From a virus: 64,000 nucleotides of DNA. Position 1 is the stretch's first letter. Every line of letters begins with the position of its first letter. Shown here in pieces: positions 47,402-56,600 of the stretch. The DNA lies in IMG/VR virus record IMGVR_UViG_3300021424_000003, positions 1 to 64,000 of that record; one strand, given 5' to 3'. The notes under the pieces are model-generated. The model made no database searches, had not been told where the DNA came from, and saw nothing but the letters and a program-made list of their open reading frames with translations. The position numbers were made by a program, and so were the translations under genes.

Positions 47402-48175
47402 TCAATTCCACGCTGGACAAATGCTTTTGTAACTACACCAGTTGCACAAAATGGATGTAACTGGCTCAAAGTTTCCCGAAGAACATCTGCTATCAATATC
47501 TGATTTCGCTTCTTGCACAATCTCAATCGTATTAATTTTATCGTCCTCTTCCGCTTTTCTTGCTATTTTGACTCCATCTTTTAGGTAGAGAAGTTCAAGT
47601 TCTTCGACACCGCCTGCGCCCATTCCCTCAAGAAGGCTTGCATAAATATACAGTTGGAAAAACTTTTCGTCCAAGTACTGAGGTTTTGGTGTTTTGCCGG
47701 TCTTATAGTCGCTAACGATTATCTGACCAGTTTTCTCGGACGTAGAATATCTATCTATAAAGCCCTTTATCACTACACCACCAATCAAACCATAAACTTC
47801 AAACTCAAGACCGTCTGGTTCAATTTTTTGTGGGTTCTCTATCTTCCATAGATTCTCTATGCACCACCATGCCTGCCATCTGAACATTTTTAGTTGTTCG
47901 GCATTGTGAATATAGGGAGAGACTTGCTGTTTCCACGACAAATCCCACATGTTTTTCGCAATGGTTTTTGCCACCCCTAGAGTTCTATCCTCCGGAGGAA
48001 GGCCGTAAAGATTTTCCAGAGCGTCGTGAACAAAGTTTCCCAACATCGCGGCCTCGCCGGGCTCTTCGGGAATTTGGTCAATCTTGCTGAACTTAAATTT
48101 AAGTGGGCATTGCCGAAATGTGCCTATAGAGGAAGCAGAAAGGTGTGGTGGTGGTGTTAGTGCAGAATCACTCAT
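47402..48175 (-). CDS. RecB/Cas4-like PD-(D/E)xK exonuclease with 4-Cys Fe-S staple
   Basis: LSASS...QCP, GNFVH, GFIDR, DYKTG, QLYIY, CNWC.Y...C. Confidence 0.88.
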   Translation of the reverse strand: MSDSALTPPPHLSASSIGTFRQCPLKFKFSKIDQIPEEPGEAAMLGNFVHDALENLYGLPPEDRTLGVAKTIAKNMWDLSWKQQVSPYIHNAEQLKMFRWQAWWCIENLWKIENPQKIEPDGLEFEVYGLIGGVVIKGFIDRYSTSEKTGQIIVSDYKTGKTPKPQYLDEKFFQLYIYASLLEGMGAGGVEELELLYLKDGVKIARKAEEDDKINTIEIVQEAKSDIDSRCSSGNFEPVTSILCNWCSYKSICPAWN

Positions 48176-48845
48176 CTGATGCGCTCGGGGAATCGAATTT
48201 GATTTTGATGATTTCAGCAATCAACTCATCGAGTTCCTCATGCGTGGCGCTGGTCTTTGTCGGCTTTGGTTTGCCACCACTGAAGCTTTCCCAGTGGGCA
48301 TTCAGCTTGTTTTTCTGTTCGGAATCTAGGCTCTTTGCAAGTCCCATGAAGTTTTCCCACTTCTGGATTCTCTCGCCTTCTTCTTGCGATACAGGAGAAG
48401 TTGAGGCAGCGATTACCTCCTCGACCTCCATCGCATCTTCGGAACGGGCTAGATAGAGGCCAACACCCATGGTCTGAGCGGCCTTCTTGAGGGCATCAGA
48501 AACAGCGCCCTTCATCTCGTCGCCAAGGTCAACGATGTCGCCCTGCCTGGTTCGCTTTATCTTCTGACCGCCGTAGCCGTCGCGGTGAACTGCACTTACC
48601 GAACCTGACGTATTCGCATGCCAGGTCAATCTGACATGGGCAACGATGTAGTCGGGGTCAATGGAATCACGTTGACAAGAAACAATTTCGAAAGACCATT
48701 GGTCAACGCCGAGAACTTTATTAAGTCTCGCAATCACTTCACTAACAGGAATATATGTAAGTGAAGCACCCCCCTTTTTCAATATGCGCTCCATTTCTGG
48801 GGGGAATGGCTCAGAGAGCATTTGCATGATGTTTGCGCTTGTCAT
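48168..48845 (-). CDS. Rad52/Rad22-family single-strand annealing protein (Sak-like)
   Basis: LTYI....VIARLNKVLG...WSFE...KGAVSDALKKAA..MGVGLYL. Confidence 0.88.
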   Translation of the reverse strand: MTSANIMQMLSEPFPPEMERILKKGGASLTYIPVSEVIARLNKVLGVDQWSFEIVSCQRDSIDPDYIVAHVRLTWHANTSGSVSAVHRDGYGGQKIKRTRQGDIVDLGDEMKGAVSDALKKAAQTMGVGLYLARSEDAMEVEEVIAASTSPVSQEEGERIQKWENFMGLAKSLDSEQKNKLNAHWESFSGGKPKPTKTSATHEELDELIAEIIKIKFDSPSASDE

Positions 48846-49339
48846 TGGTTATCTCCTTTTCTGACGATGATGCTTGTTTTAAGCTGCCCCGTCTCGCAGT
48901 ACATATCGGGATTGATTCCAATATTGTTGAGTTCTTTGACCCGCCAGTAGGAGGGTGCACAGTATGTAAAAATTTGCATTGCAATGTCTTCGGGGGAATT
49001 TAGAATTTCCCCCGTATCCATGTCAACCGACATTTGGGAAAGCCTGTCAACAACGGCACGAGCAAGGTCTTTGTGTTGCCATGCCTTACGCTCGTACGAA
49101 CTCTTCTTCTCAATGAGGGCGTTACCATCAAGTGTGACTACAGACTCCCCGGCCATCATCTCTCCAAACTTTGCCGAAAATGAGTCGTAGATAATGGAGA
49201 GGTCTCTCTTAATGAGGTTAAGAGCAAGCAGGGTATTCCCCACTTCGACAACATCTCCGGACGACTCCAGCAGTTTGGTGAGGTCGGAATCTAGGGATAA
49301 AATAAGTTCCTTGATTTCGTCAATCTTTTCCATAGACAA
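48842..49339 (-). CDS. Hypothetical protein (recombination operon)
   Basis: 165 aa with VDMDTGE motif; TGCTATAGT promoter at 49405-49413. Confidence 0.6.
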   Translation of the reverse strand: MSMEKIDEIKELILSLDSDLTKLLESSGDVVEVGNTLLALNLIKRDLSIIYDSFSAKFGEMMAGESVVTLDGNALIEKKSSYERKAWQHKDLARAVVDRLSQMSVDMDTGEILNSPEDIAMQIFTYCAPSYWRVKELNNIGINPDMYCETGQLKTSIIVRKGDNQ

Positions 49340-49397
49340 CGTTTAGTAGCGCTTTCTTGTAGGTAGGTGGGTAGGTATTGCCGGCGATAATTCCGAC

Positions 49398-50726
49398 CTA
49401 GAGGACTATAGCAATCCTTCTTTTAGATGGCAACCCCAATTCGGCAAGATGTGTAAAAGCCCCCACGGCGGAGTCAACCTGGTCATCATGGTCACAGGCC
49501 TCCGGGAAAGAGGAAAGCTCGTCCATCCAGGCGGTAAGCCACGGCCCCCTGATAATTCTCACGTTCCCATTGGCGACGGCTGCGGCAAATGGCCTAGCCC
49601 TGGTTACCTTGTCCCCAGTGGCCCTAGCCCCCATAAAGTCATAGCCAGGAAGCACATATCTGGCATATTGGTCCAGGAGGGCCTTCCCGGAGGAGCCCGG
49701 CTCCTGTTCCATTCTAATTGGGACACTTGGGCCGTCCTCATAGGCGGTCTGGGCTATCAATTGCTCGACTTTTTCGCCCCTCAGGCGCCCCCGCTTGATG
49801 TCCAAAATATAGACAATTCCGTCGGAAAACATCATCAAAGTCCCAACCGTCCAGTCGGGGTCAGGGTTTGAGTGACTCGGCTCGGTGGCTGCAAGGTCCC
49901 AAAATCGCACAATTCTTGCATTTGGGTCATTTTTGGGCACATCCGCCATGTCTATAATTTCCACAGATTCCCGCTCAAAAAGGGTTCCAAGGGTGGTGCT
50001 CCACCAGTCTCCCTCCTCAAGTCTGCGCCTTTCGATGGGGTCAAGGGCGGAAAGTGCCTGACGGTAGGAAACGGCGTCAATTCCTGGGTTATCAGCAAGC
50101 TTGCTGGGTACAAATATTCTGCCATCCTCCATTCCCTCGACAATAAAACGCTGCCTAACCCAGTTGGGGGCAGGGTTTGAGGCGCACCTCATCCTAAGGG
50201 GCACCTGAGAAAGTGGTCCACTAGCAGGGCGACGAAGGCGGGAAAACATGTATCTATAGTCTGCTTCACGGATTTCCGTTACTTCGTCCATGCCTATGAA
50301 TTGGAATTCTGAACCCTTGTATCTCAGGTAGTCGTTTTGATTGTTTAGGTAACCAAAGGAAATTCTTGCCCCCGATGGAAACGTGCCAACAAAGCTGTTG
50401 TTATTCCAGTGGACACCGTCGTAAAGATTTATCCAGCTTTTAAATCTGTCCATTAGGGCGCCGGGGAGAGATAGGTCGGCAAATGTACGCCTAAATAATA
50501 TTGCAGAATAATTCGGTATGTCTACATATTGAAGTGCCGACATCAATAGCGCCGACGACTTACCGCCCCCGGCCGCCCCACCGAATAGTGCTTCGATAGC
50601 ATTGGTGCGGAGAAAAACCTTCTGCGTTGTTGAGGGGTCCTCGGGGCAGAAGGGGGGGACACGCGGCTGAAGATATTCGAGTATCTTGCTCCACTTTTCT
50701 TCCTCTGCACTGCTCATATCTACCAC
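49398..50726 (-). CDS. terL: Terminase large subunit
   Basis: GGAAGGGKS Walker A, IGMDEV Walker B, ASNP, nuclease WDLA...HDDQVD. Confidence 0.92.
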   Translation of the reverse strand: MVDMSSAEEEKWSKILEYLQPRVPPFCPEDPSTTQKVFLRTNAIEALFGGAAGGGKSSALLMSALQYVDIPNYSAILFRRTFADLSLPGALMDRFKSWINLYDGVHWNNNSFVGTFPSGARISFGYLNNQNDYLRYKGSEFQFIGMDEVTEIREADYRYMFSRLRRPASGPLSQVPLRMRCASNPAPNWVRQRFIVEGMEDGRIFVPSKLADNPGIDAVSYRQALSALDPIERRRLEEGDWWSTTLGTLFERESVEIIDMADVPKNDPNARIVRFWDLAATEPSHSNPDPDWTVGTLMMFSDGIVYILDIKRGRLRGEKVEQLIAQTAYEDGPSVPIRMEQEPGSSGKALLDQYARYVLPGYDFMGARATGDKVTRARPFAAAVANGNVRIIRGPWLTAWMDELSSFPEACDHDDQVDSAVGAFTHLAELGLPSKRRIAIVL

Positions 50727-50769
50727 GCCTTAATACTGCAGGCCATCACAATAGGCTAGTGTATAGCAC

Positions 50770-50949
50770 ATGCCAAAACTTATAGAAAAAGTCCGGGCAA
50801 AGACGACTCGGGCATTGTTCGCTTATATTTTCATGCTTTCATTTATACTATTAACCAGTATTGGCGCTGCGTTAATATACCCTCCTGCCGGCTTACTGGT
50901 GGGAGGGACAACGTGTGGTCTTTTTGGCTACCTCCTAGGTCGTGAGTAG
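50770..50949 (+). CDS. Small two-TM membrane protein preceding the portal (below ORF-track cutoff)
   Basis: MPKL...ALFAYIFMLSFILLTSIGAALIYPPAGLLVGGTTCGLFGYLLGRE. Confidence 0.65.
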   Translation: MPKLIEKVRAKTTRALFAYIFMLSFILLTSIGAALIYPPAGLLVGGTTCGLFGYLLGRE

Positions 50950-50954
50950 GAAAT

Positions 50955-53057
50955 ATGGCTTGGAATTCTCCGGTAAATAAATCCCTTTCCAATGAGAGTA
51001 ATAAAGAAATAGGCCCAGGAGCACCAGTAGCCAACAATCCCGGACTTGCGGGGAGGGCATATAGGGATTCCTGGGACATTGAAAGGGCATACCGAGAAGG
51101 GATGCAGAAAGTCACGTGGGTGGCTAGATGTATCGACGCAATTGCCGGGAACCAGGCAAGACTCCCAATAATCCTCAGAAAAGATAACTCTCCAGATGGC
51201 GAGATTCTTTCAAAAAGGGCTTCTCAAAACTCCGAGTTAATGGAGATTCTCAATACAAAATCGAACATCGGAGAAAACGCCTTCATCTTCAGATACAGAC
51301 TTTCGGCACAGATACTTCTTGGAACTCGCGGTGCATTTGTGGAGAAGGTGCGAGGAAGGGACGGCGGGATAGTTGGACTGAACCTTCTTCCCGCACAGTC
51401 AACGGCGCCAATACCAGATGCAAAAAAGTTTGTTTCTGGTTATGAGGTGACAATGCCGTATGGACAAAAAGTCATACTGAAAAAAGAGGACGTAACCTGG
51501 ATTAGAAGGCCTCATCCACTCGACCCATACCTGTCCTTAACTCCCCTTGAATCAGCTGGCGTTGCTATAGAGATAGAAAATCTAGCGAAGCTCTACAACA
51601 GAAACTATCTCCTGAACGACGGCAGACCTGGCGGGCTGCTTGTTCTCCGTGGGGAAATAGATGATGACGACAAAGAAGAGCTGCGCAGCAGATTCAGGGG
51701 GAACCTATCGCGTGTTGGATATACATCCGTTATCTCTTCTGATGATGGCGTTGATTATGTAGACACATCCGCAAATCCAAGAGACGCTGCCTACATACAG
51801 ATGAGGCAGTTAACTAAGGAGGAAATTCTTGCATCATTCGGAGTTCCAGAGTCTGTTATTGGAAACGCTTCCGGTAGAACGTTTAGCAATGCTTCGGAAG
51901 AGATTCGTGTCTTTTGGATGGAGACGATGCTTCCCCATTTGGAGATTCTTTCACGGGGTCTAGACGAACTAGACGATAAGAACTACGTCGATTTCGACAC
52001 AAGCGAAGTTCCAATCCTGATGCTCTACAAGCAGGAAAGACATCGCTATTTGATGGATGAATTCCAAAACGGCCTAATCAGCAACAACGAGTACAGAATT
52101 CTTTCCGGAAGAAAAGAAACAGAGTCAGACCTTGCTGATTCGCTATTGCTCAATCCAAACCTGATTCCGATTGCCAATACTAAGAAGAAAATGGAGGATA
52201 AAGCTTCCGCGACCGTCCCTGGTGCTCCAGGTATGCCGGGGATGCCTCCGGGTATGCCGGGGATGCCCCCAGGTATGCCGGGGATGCCTCCGGGTCCAGA
52301 GCAGATGGTGCCAGGTGCCGATGGCCAACCACTTGACCCAAATACTATGGCTGGGGCAATGGCGGAAGTTACGGCGCAGGGTGGCGGGGAGTTGGCACAA
52401 GCGCCGATACCGGGTCTACCCACTCCCCCGCAGCCAGAAGCAATGCCAGCAGGAATGTCAACGGGAATGGCACCAGTTCCATCGGGAGCAGCCTCAATCG
52501 ATAATGCGGATATTCAGACCAAATCAGAGCAAGAAGTTGAGGTGCAGAGATGGGAAGAGATTCTCTATCGGAGCATAGAGAGGGTTCTTGAAAGACAGCA
52601 GCGCGTTGTTCTCGAGAAGTCGAGCGGTGCAAAGGCCAAAAAAGCACTTGTGGCCGGAACTATCGATATTCCATCAATACTTCACTCCGAGACATGGGAT
52701 AGACAATTTGAGGACGACATCAAGCCGGTCATAACAGCAATAATCAAGGAATCTCAGGCAGCATCGGGTGTGAAGATTTCTAGGAAATCCTCCAAAAATC
52801 ATTTAATTGAATCTGATGTTTCTGTTCAGGTTGAGTCTCAGATGGAGAGAATCAAGTCGATTAACTCCGAAATGACATCAGAAATAACAAATATCATGCT
52901 TGCCTCTCTTTCAGTTATCGGTGAAGAGCAGAGAGTGAGCACATTTAGGTCGAATATCGTCTCGCTGTACACCAATTTGCTTGGGAAAAGACTCCCAGAG
53001 ATTGCCGAGGACGAAACTCGTAGGGCCTGGCTATTCGGCCAACACTTAACTAGATAA
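50955..53057 (+). CDS. HK97-family portal with Pro/Gly/Met linker and C-terminal MuF-like helical extension
   Basis: VARCIDAIA...LPI, NDGRPGGLL, EILASFGVP..VIG, ISNNEYR; C-terminal IAEDETRRA. Confidence 0.9.
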   Translation: MAWNSPVNKSLSNESNKEIGPGAPVANNPGLAGRAYRDSWDIERAYREGMQKVTWVARCIDAIAGNQARLPIILRKDNSPDGEILSKRASQNSELMEILNTKSNIGENAFIFRYRLSAQILLGTRGAFVEKVRGRDGGIVGLNLLPAQSTAPIPDAKKFVSGYEVTMPYGQKVILKKEDVTWIRRPHPLDPYLSLTPLESAGVAIEIENLAKLYNRNYLLNDGRPGGLLVLRGEIDDDDKEELRSRFRGNLSRVGYTSVISSDDGVDYVDTSANPRDAAYIQMRQLTKEEILASFGVPESVIGNASGRTFSNASEEIRVFWMETMLPHLEILSRGLDELDDKNYVDFDTSEVPILMLYKQERHRYLMDEFQNGLISNNEYRILSGRKETESDLADSLLLNPNLIPIANTKKKMEDKASATVPGAPGMPGMPPGMPGMPPGMPGMPPGPEQMVPGADGQPLDPNTMAGAMAEVTAQGGGELAQAPIPGLPTPPQPEAMPAGMSTGMAPVPSGAASIDNADIQTKSEQEVEVQRWEEILYRSIERVLERQQRVVLEKSSGAKAKKALVAGTIDIPSILHSETWDRQFEDDIKPVITAIIKESQAASGVKISRKSSKNHLIESDVSVQVESQMERIKSINSEMTSEITNIMLASLSVIGEEQRVSTFRSNIVSLYTNLLGKRLPEIAEDETRRAWLFGQHLTR
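52227..52295 (+). repeat. 3.3 x 21-bp tandem repeat (PGMPGMP)
   Basis: CC(A/G)GGTATGCCGGGGATGCC(T/C) repeated in frame. Confidence 0.9.
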
Positions 53058-53157
53058 TTTTTAGTAAATAGTTTACTAAAAACACTGCAAAAACACCGAA
53101 ACTTTCAATGAGCACGAGCTTTCGTCGTTTATTATCTTTCTTTGACAAAGGAGTCTC

Positions 53158-53690
53158 ATGTCAAAATCCTTCGTGAATCCTGAAATTCAGTACAAAGCTG
53201 CCACTCAGGGTGCAATAAACCTAGACGAAGCCAGGGGCATAGTCGAGTGTTTCGTGGCAGGAATTGGCAACAAGGACTCCGTTGGCGATGTTTGCGCCCC
53301 TGGGGCATTCGCCAAAAGCCTATTGCGCCGGAAACCAAGAGTTGTGTGGGGCCATAACTGGAACGACCCAATCGGCAAGGTTCTAGAAATTTACGAAGTT
53401 CCAGCAAACGACCCAAGACTTCCGAGCAAGATGAGAGCAGCGGGTATTGGTGGGCTCTACGCAAAAGTTCAATTCAACCTAATGTCAGAAAAAGGCAAGG
53501 AAGCATTTGCGAGTGTTGCATTCTTTGGCGAAGAGCAGGAATGGTCAATTGGGTATAAGACAATCAACGCAAAATTTGACCAGCAGATGCAGGCGAATGT
53601 TCTATTTGAGGTAGAGCTTTACGAGGTGAGCCCTGTTCTTCACGGTGCAAATCAATTGACTGGAACAATATCTGTTAAGTCGGATGAAAA
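53158..53690 (+). other. Domain: HK97-type prohead serine protease
   Basis: GNKDSVGD...GAF..S, VWGHNW..PIG (His), WSIGY (Ser), LYEVSPV..GAN. Confidence 0.9.
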
Positions 53691-56600
53691 TAATGCCACC
53701 GCAGTGATGGAAAGGGCTGTTAGTTCCATCGCGAATGCCGATAGTGAAAATTCTCCGGAACTAAAAGAGGTTCTATACGCACTCAGAAATATTGCTTCCA
53801 TGATTTCCGATAACGAGAAGCATGAGTATGGAATGCCCTCAGTAATGCCTTCAGCAAATAGACAACCTATTCCATCAATGCCAAGCCCTGCTCCGTCCAC
53901 GGCGCCGAGGTCAGTAGTCAAGCCAACAAGACCATCTATCCCTGAAAACCCCATGGTAGTTGCTCTTCGCCGTGAGCTGGTCGCAAGAACTGGGTCGAAC
54001 ATAATTGTCCGCTCTGCTGGAGACAATGTTGTTGTATTTGACCGAATTATGAGCGACGGTTCGTCTTGCACGTACAGACTTGCGTATCACTATGCAGATG
54101 GTGAATTCATGTTTGGTAAGCCAGAGAAGGTCAACGCGCAGACCGTTTACACTCCCGAGACTCCTGGGGCACCAGGAGATGCATACTGGGGAGACGATTA
54201 CTCAGAAACACCAAAGTCATTGCAATCTGGTGATTTTTGGAGTGCCGGTTTTTATAGCGAGCTGACCTCGCAGCCAGACACAAGCAATGCCCTCATGGAG
54301 GTGATAGAGAGTCTTCAACATCTAATCAATGAAAAATCGGAATACGTAATACCAGTAGAGCCGGCAGAGGCTTTTGAGTTAAGGCAAATGATTGACCCAG
54401 TTCTCGAGTATTACAACGCTGACGCCAGAGTAACCGAGGAGGGGATTGTAGTTAAGTCAGCACACAATCCAGAGCTAATTGAAGCTCTTGATGTCGCGAC
54501 TAAGTCCGTGCTGGGAAAAATCCGAAGGGGCATTGGCGCTGGAAGGCGTCTTGATGCTCCAAACATTGGTGGCGGTAAAGGTCGTAGCAGAGCAGCGCGA
54601 GCAATTGGCGCAGCAACTGGCGGTGTAGCTGGAAATCTAGACCCTTCAAAAATATCTCTCAACGACCCGGACGGAGACGGGTGGGCCAGAGAGGGTTCAA
54701 GAAATCCTGTTTGGGTTGGGTTTAAAAAAGCAGTAGAAAAAATTGCGGGCAGCGTTGGCCGGAAGAAGAAGCCATCAAAAGACAAGCAAAGGGCCCGCTC
54801 TGCTGTTAATGCAGATAAACCCGGTCCGCCGAGAGTAAGGTCCGGAGCGCCGTGGGATGCTCCATTAACTCCTGCTCCGCCTCGTCCTAGCAGAGTGACG
54901 CTTACAGATGATGCTGGAGCAAGACTAAGAGAACTCGGCAAAGAAAGAGCCAGAGAGCTTGGCTTTGACAGAAACATTGACCCCGTCCTTCCAAGACCGC
55001 GCAAGAAACTTACAAACCAAGTATCCGCTGCCCCACGCCCTGGAGAGGGCAGAAGTAGGGCATCGGGCGAATCAATTGCGAATGCAATACGTCGCTCAAA
55101 GAGCGCACCAAACCCTGTCCTTGGCCAGGAAATGGCAAATGATGTAGCTAAGTTCGGCTACCCGGAAGAGATGTCAACGGATGACCTAGTGAGAACGGTC
55201 GGCAAATTTAGAGGAGAAATAGCCAAGGCTAGAGAGAATCTAGAAAAGATTCAGGCAGATAGAGACTCTGGCAAAAAAGTATCTTCTTCAGAAATCGGAA
55301 AAGCTAGACAAAGTGTCGACTCCCTCCGTCAGAGAGCGTCTGTTTACTCATCCGAAATATCAAAGCGCGACAAAATAAAAGGTTCCGACAGATTCTCTTC
55401 AGGAAAAGCCATTACCCCAGAAGACAGACGCAAAAGAAGACATGCTCCGCTGGGTACAACTGGAGAATTTGACCTTCCAGACGAAGTTGCCACAAGAAAT
55501 AAGCACGAAGAGTTTGTAGCAGAATTTAGAAAAAACAACGGATTTTGGCTGGATATCCCAAGAGAGGGAACCGTCGCTTCAATGAATACGTCGGAGGAGT
55601 GGCAGAGGGCTAGAGAAATAGCAACAAACGTCGGGATTCTTGAGTGGCAGGAAAATGAAAGAAATAGAAGGCCGAAGGGTTTTAGCGAAAAAGCGCGTTC
55701 GTCCATGGACTACCTAACATGGTTCGGTGGATATACAAAGCGCCTTGGTGACTATCTCGATAGGGAAGAGTCCAGTGAAAATGTAACCGATGACGAACTT
55801 GCTGGTGCAAGGGCGGCAGTACTAGATGCATTGGCATTCAGAATGGCAACGCCAACTGGTCCAGAAAGCCAAAATACGCTTGCGGCAATGCTCGCAGACG
55901 CCGGATTCGGTCCAAATGGAAAACACGAAAAAGCATTCGGTGGGCGCAAGAAATCCAGCGTTGTTGGATTCTCTTCTGGTCGCGGAAACAGAGTAGACAC
56001 TCGAGTGCTAGACCAACTTATGAACGATGGTAAAGAGGTCAGCGACGATGACGTGAAGGCAATACTTATGCCTAACGCCGGCATATTGATGCATCCAGAA
56101 TATAACGACAGAACCGGCGAGGTATCTCTTGGCTGGAAGAACGTCCTAGAATCCTCATTAGAGGACAGGAGTTTCAATAGGGGTTCCCAGAGGGCGATGA
56201 TTCGCCTTGACGATGAGGGTTATCAAAAATTTACAGAGGCACTAGAAGCAGCAAATGGAGAGCTGACCCCATCGGACGGCCTGCCATCTAGCTCAAGAAG
56301 CGTAAGGGACAGGGAATACCCATATTCATGGGGCAAGTCTCGAATGGGGGCTTTTTCATCTGGGCGCAAGTATCCACCAGAAATAGAAGACGAGCTTGTA
56401 TTCGATTCCGAACTGGGCGGCAATAGAGCAGCAGACAGAATCAATACCGAAAATGTCGACATGGAGATAGTTCCATCTTCCGATATTGGCCTTGATGGTC
56501 CAGATGATGGAGCATGGACTGTTGTCGGCATGTACAGGGGAGAAGACTATGGCTCCGTCGACTACATCTATGAACTAGATACTTTTGATTCGGTAGAAGA

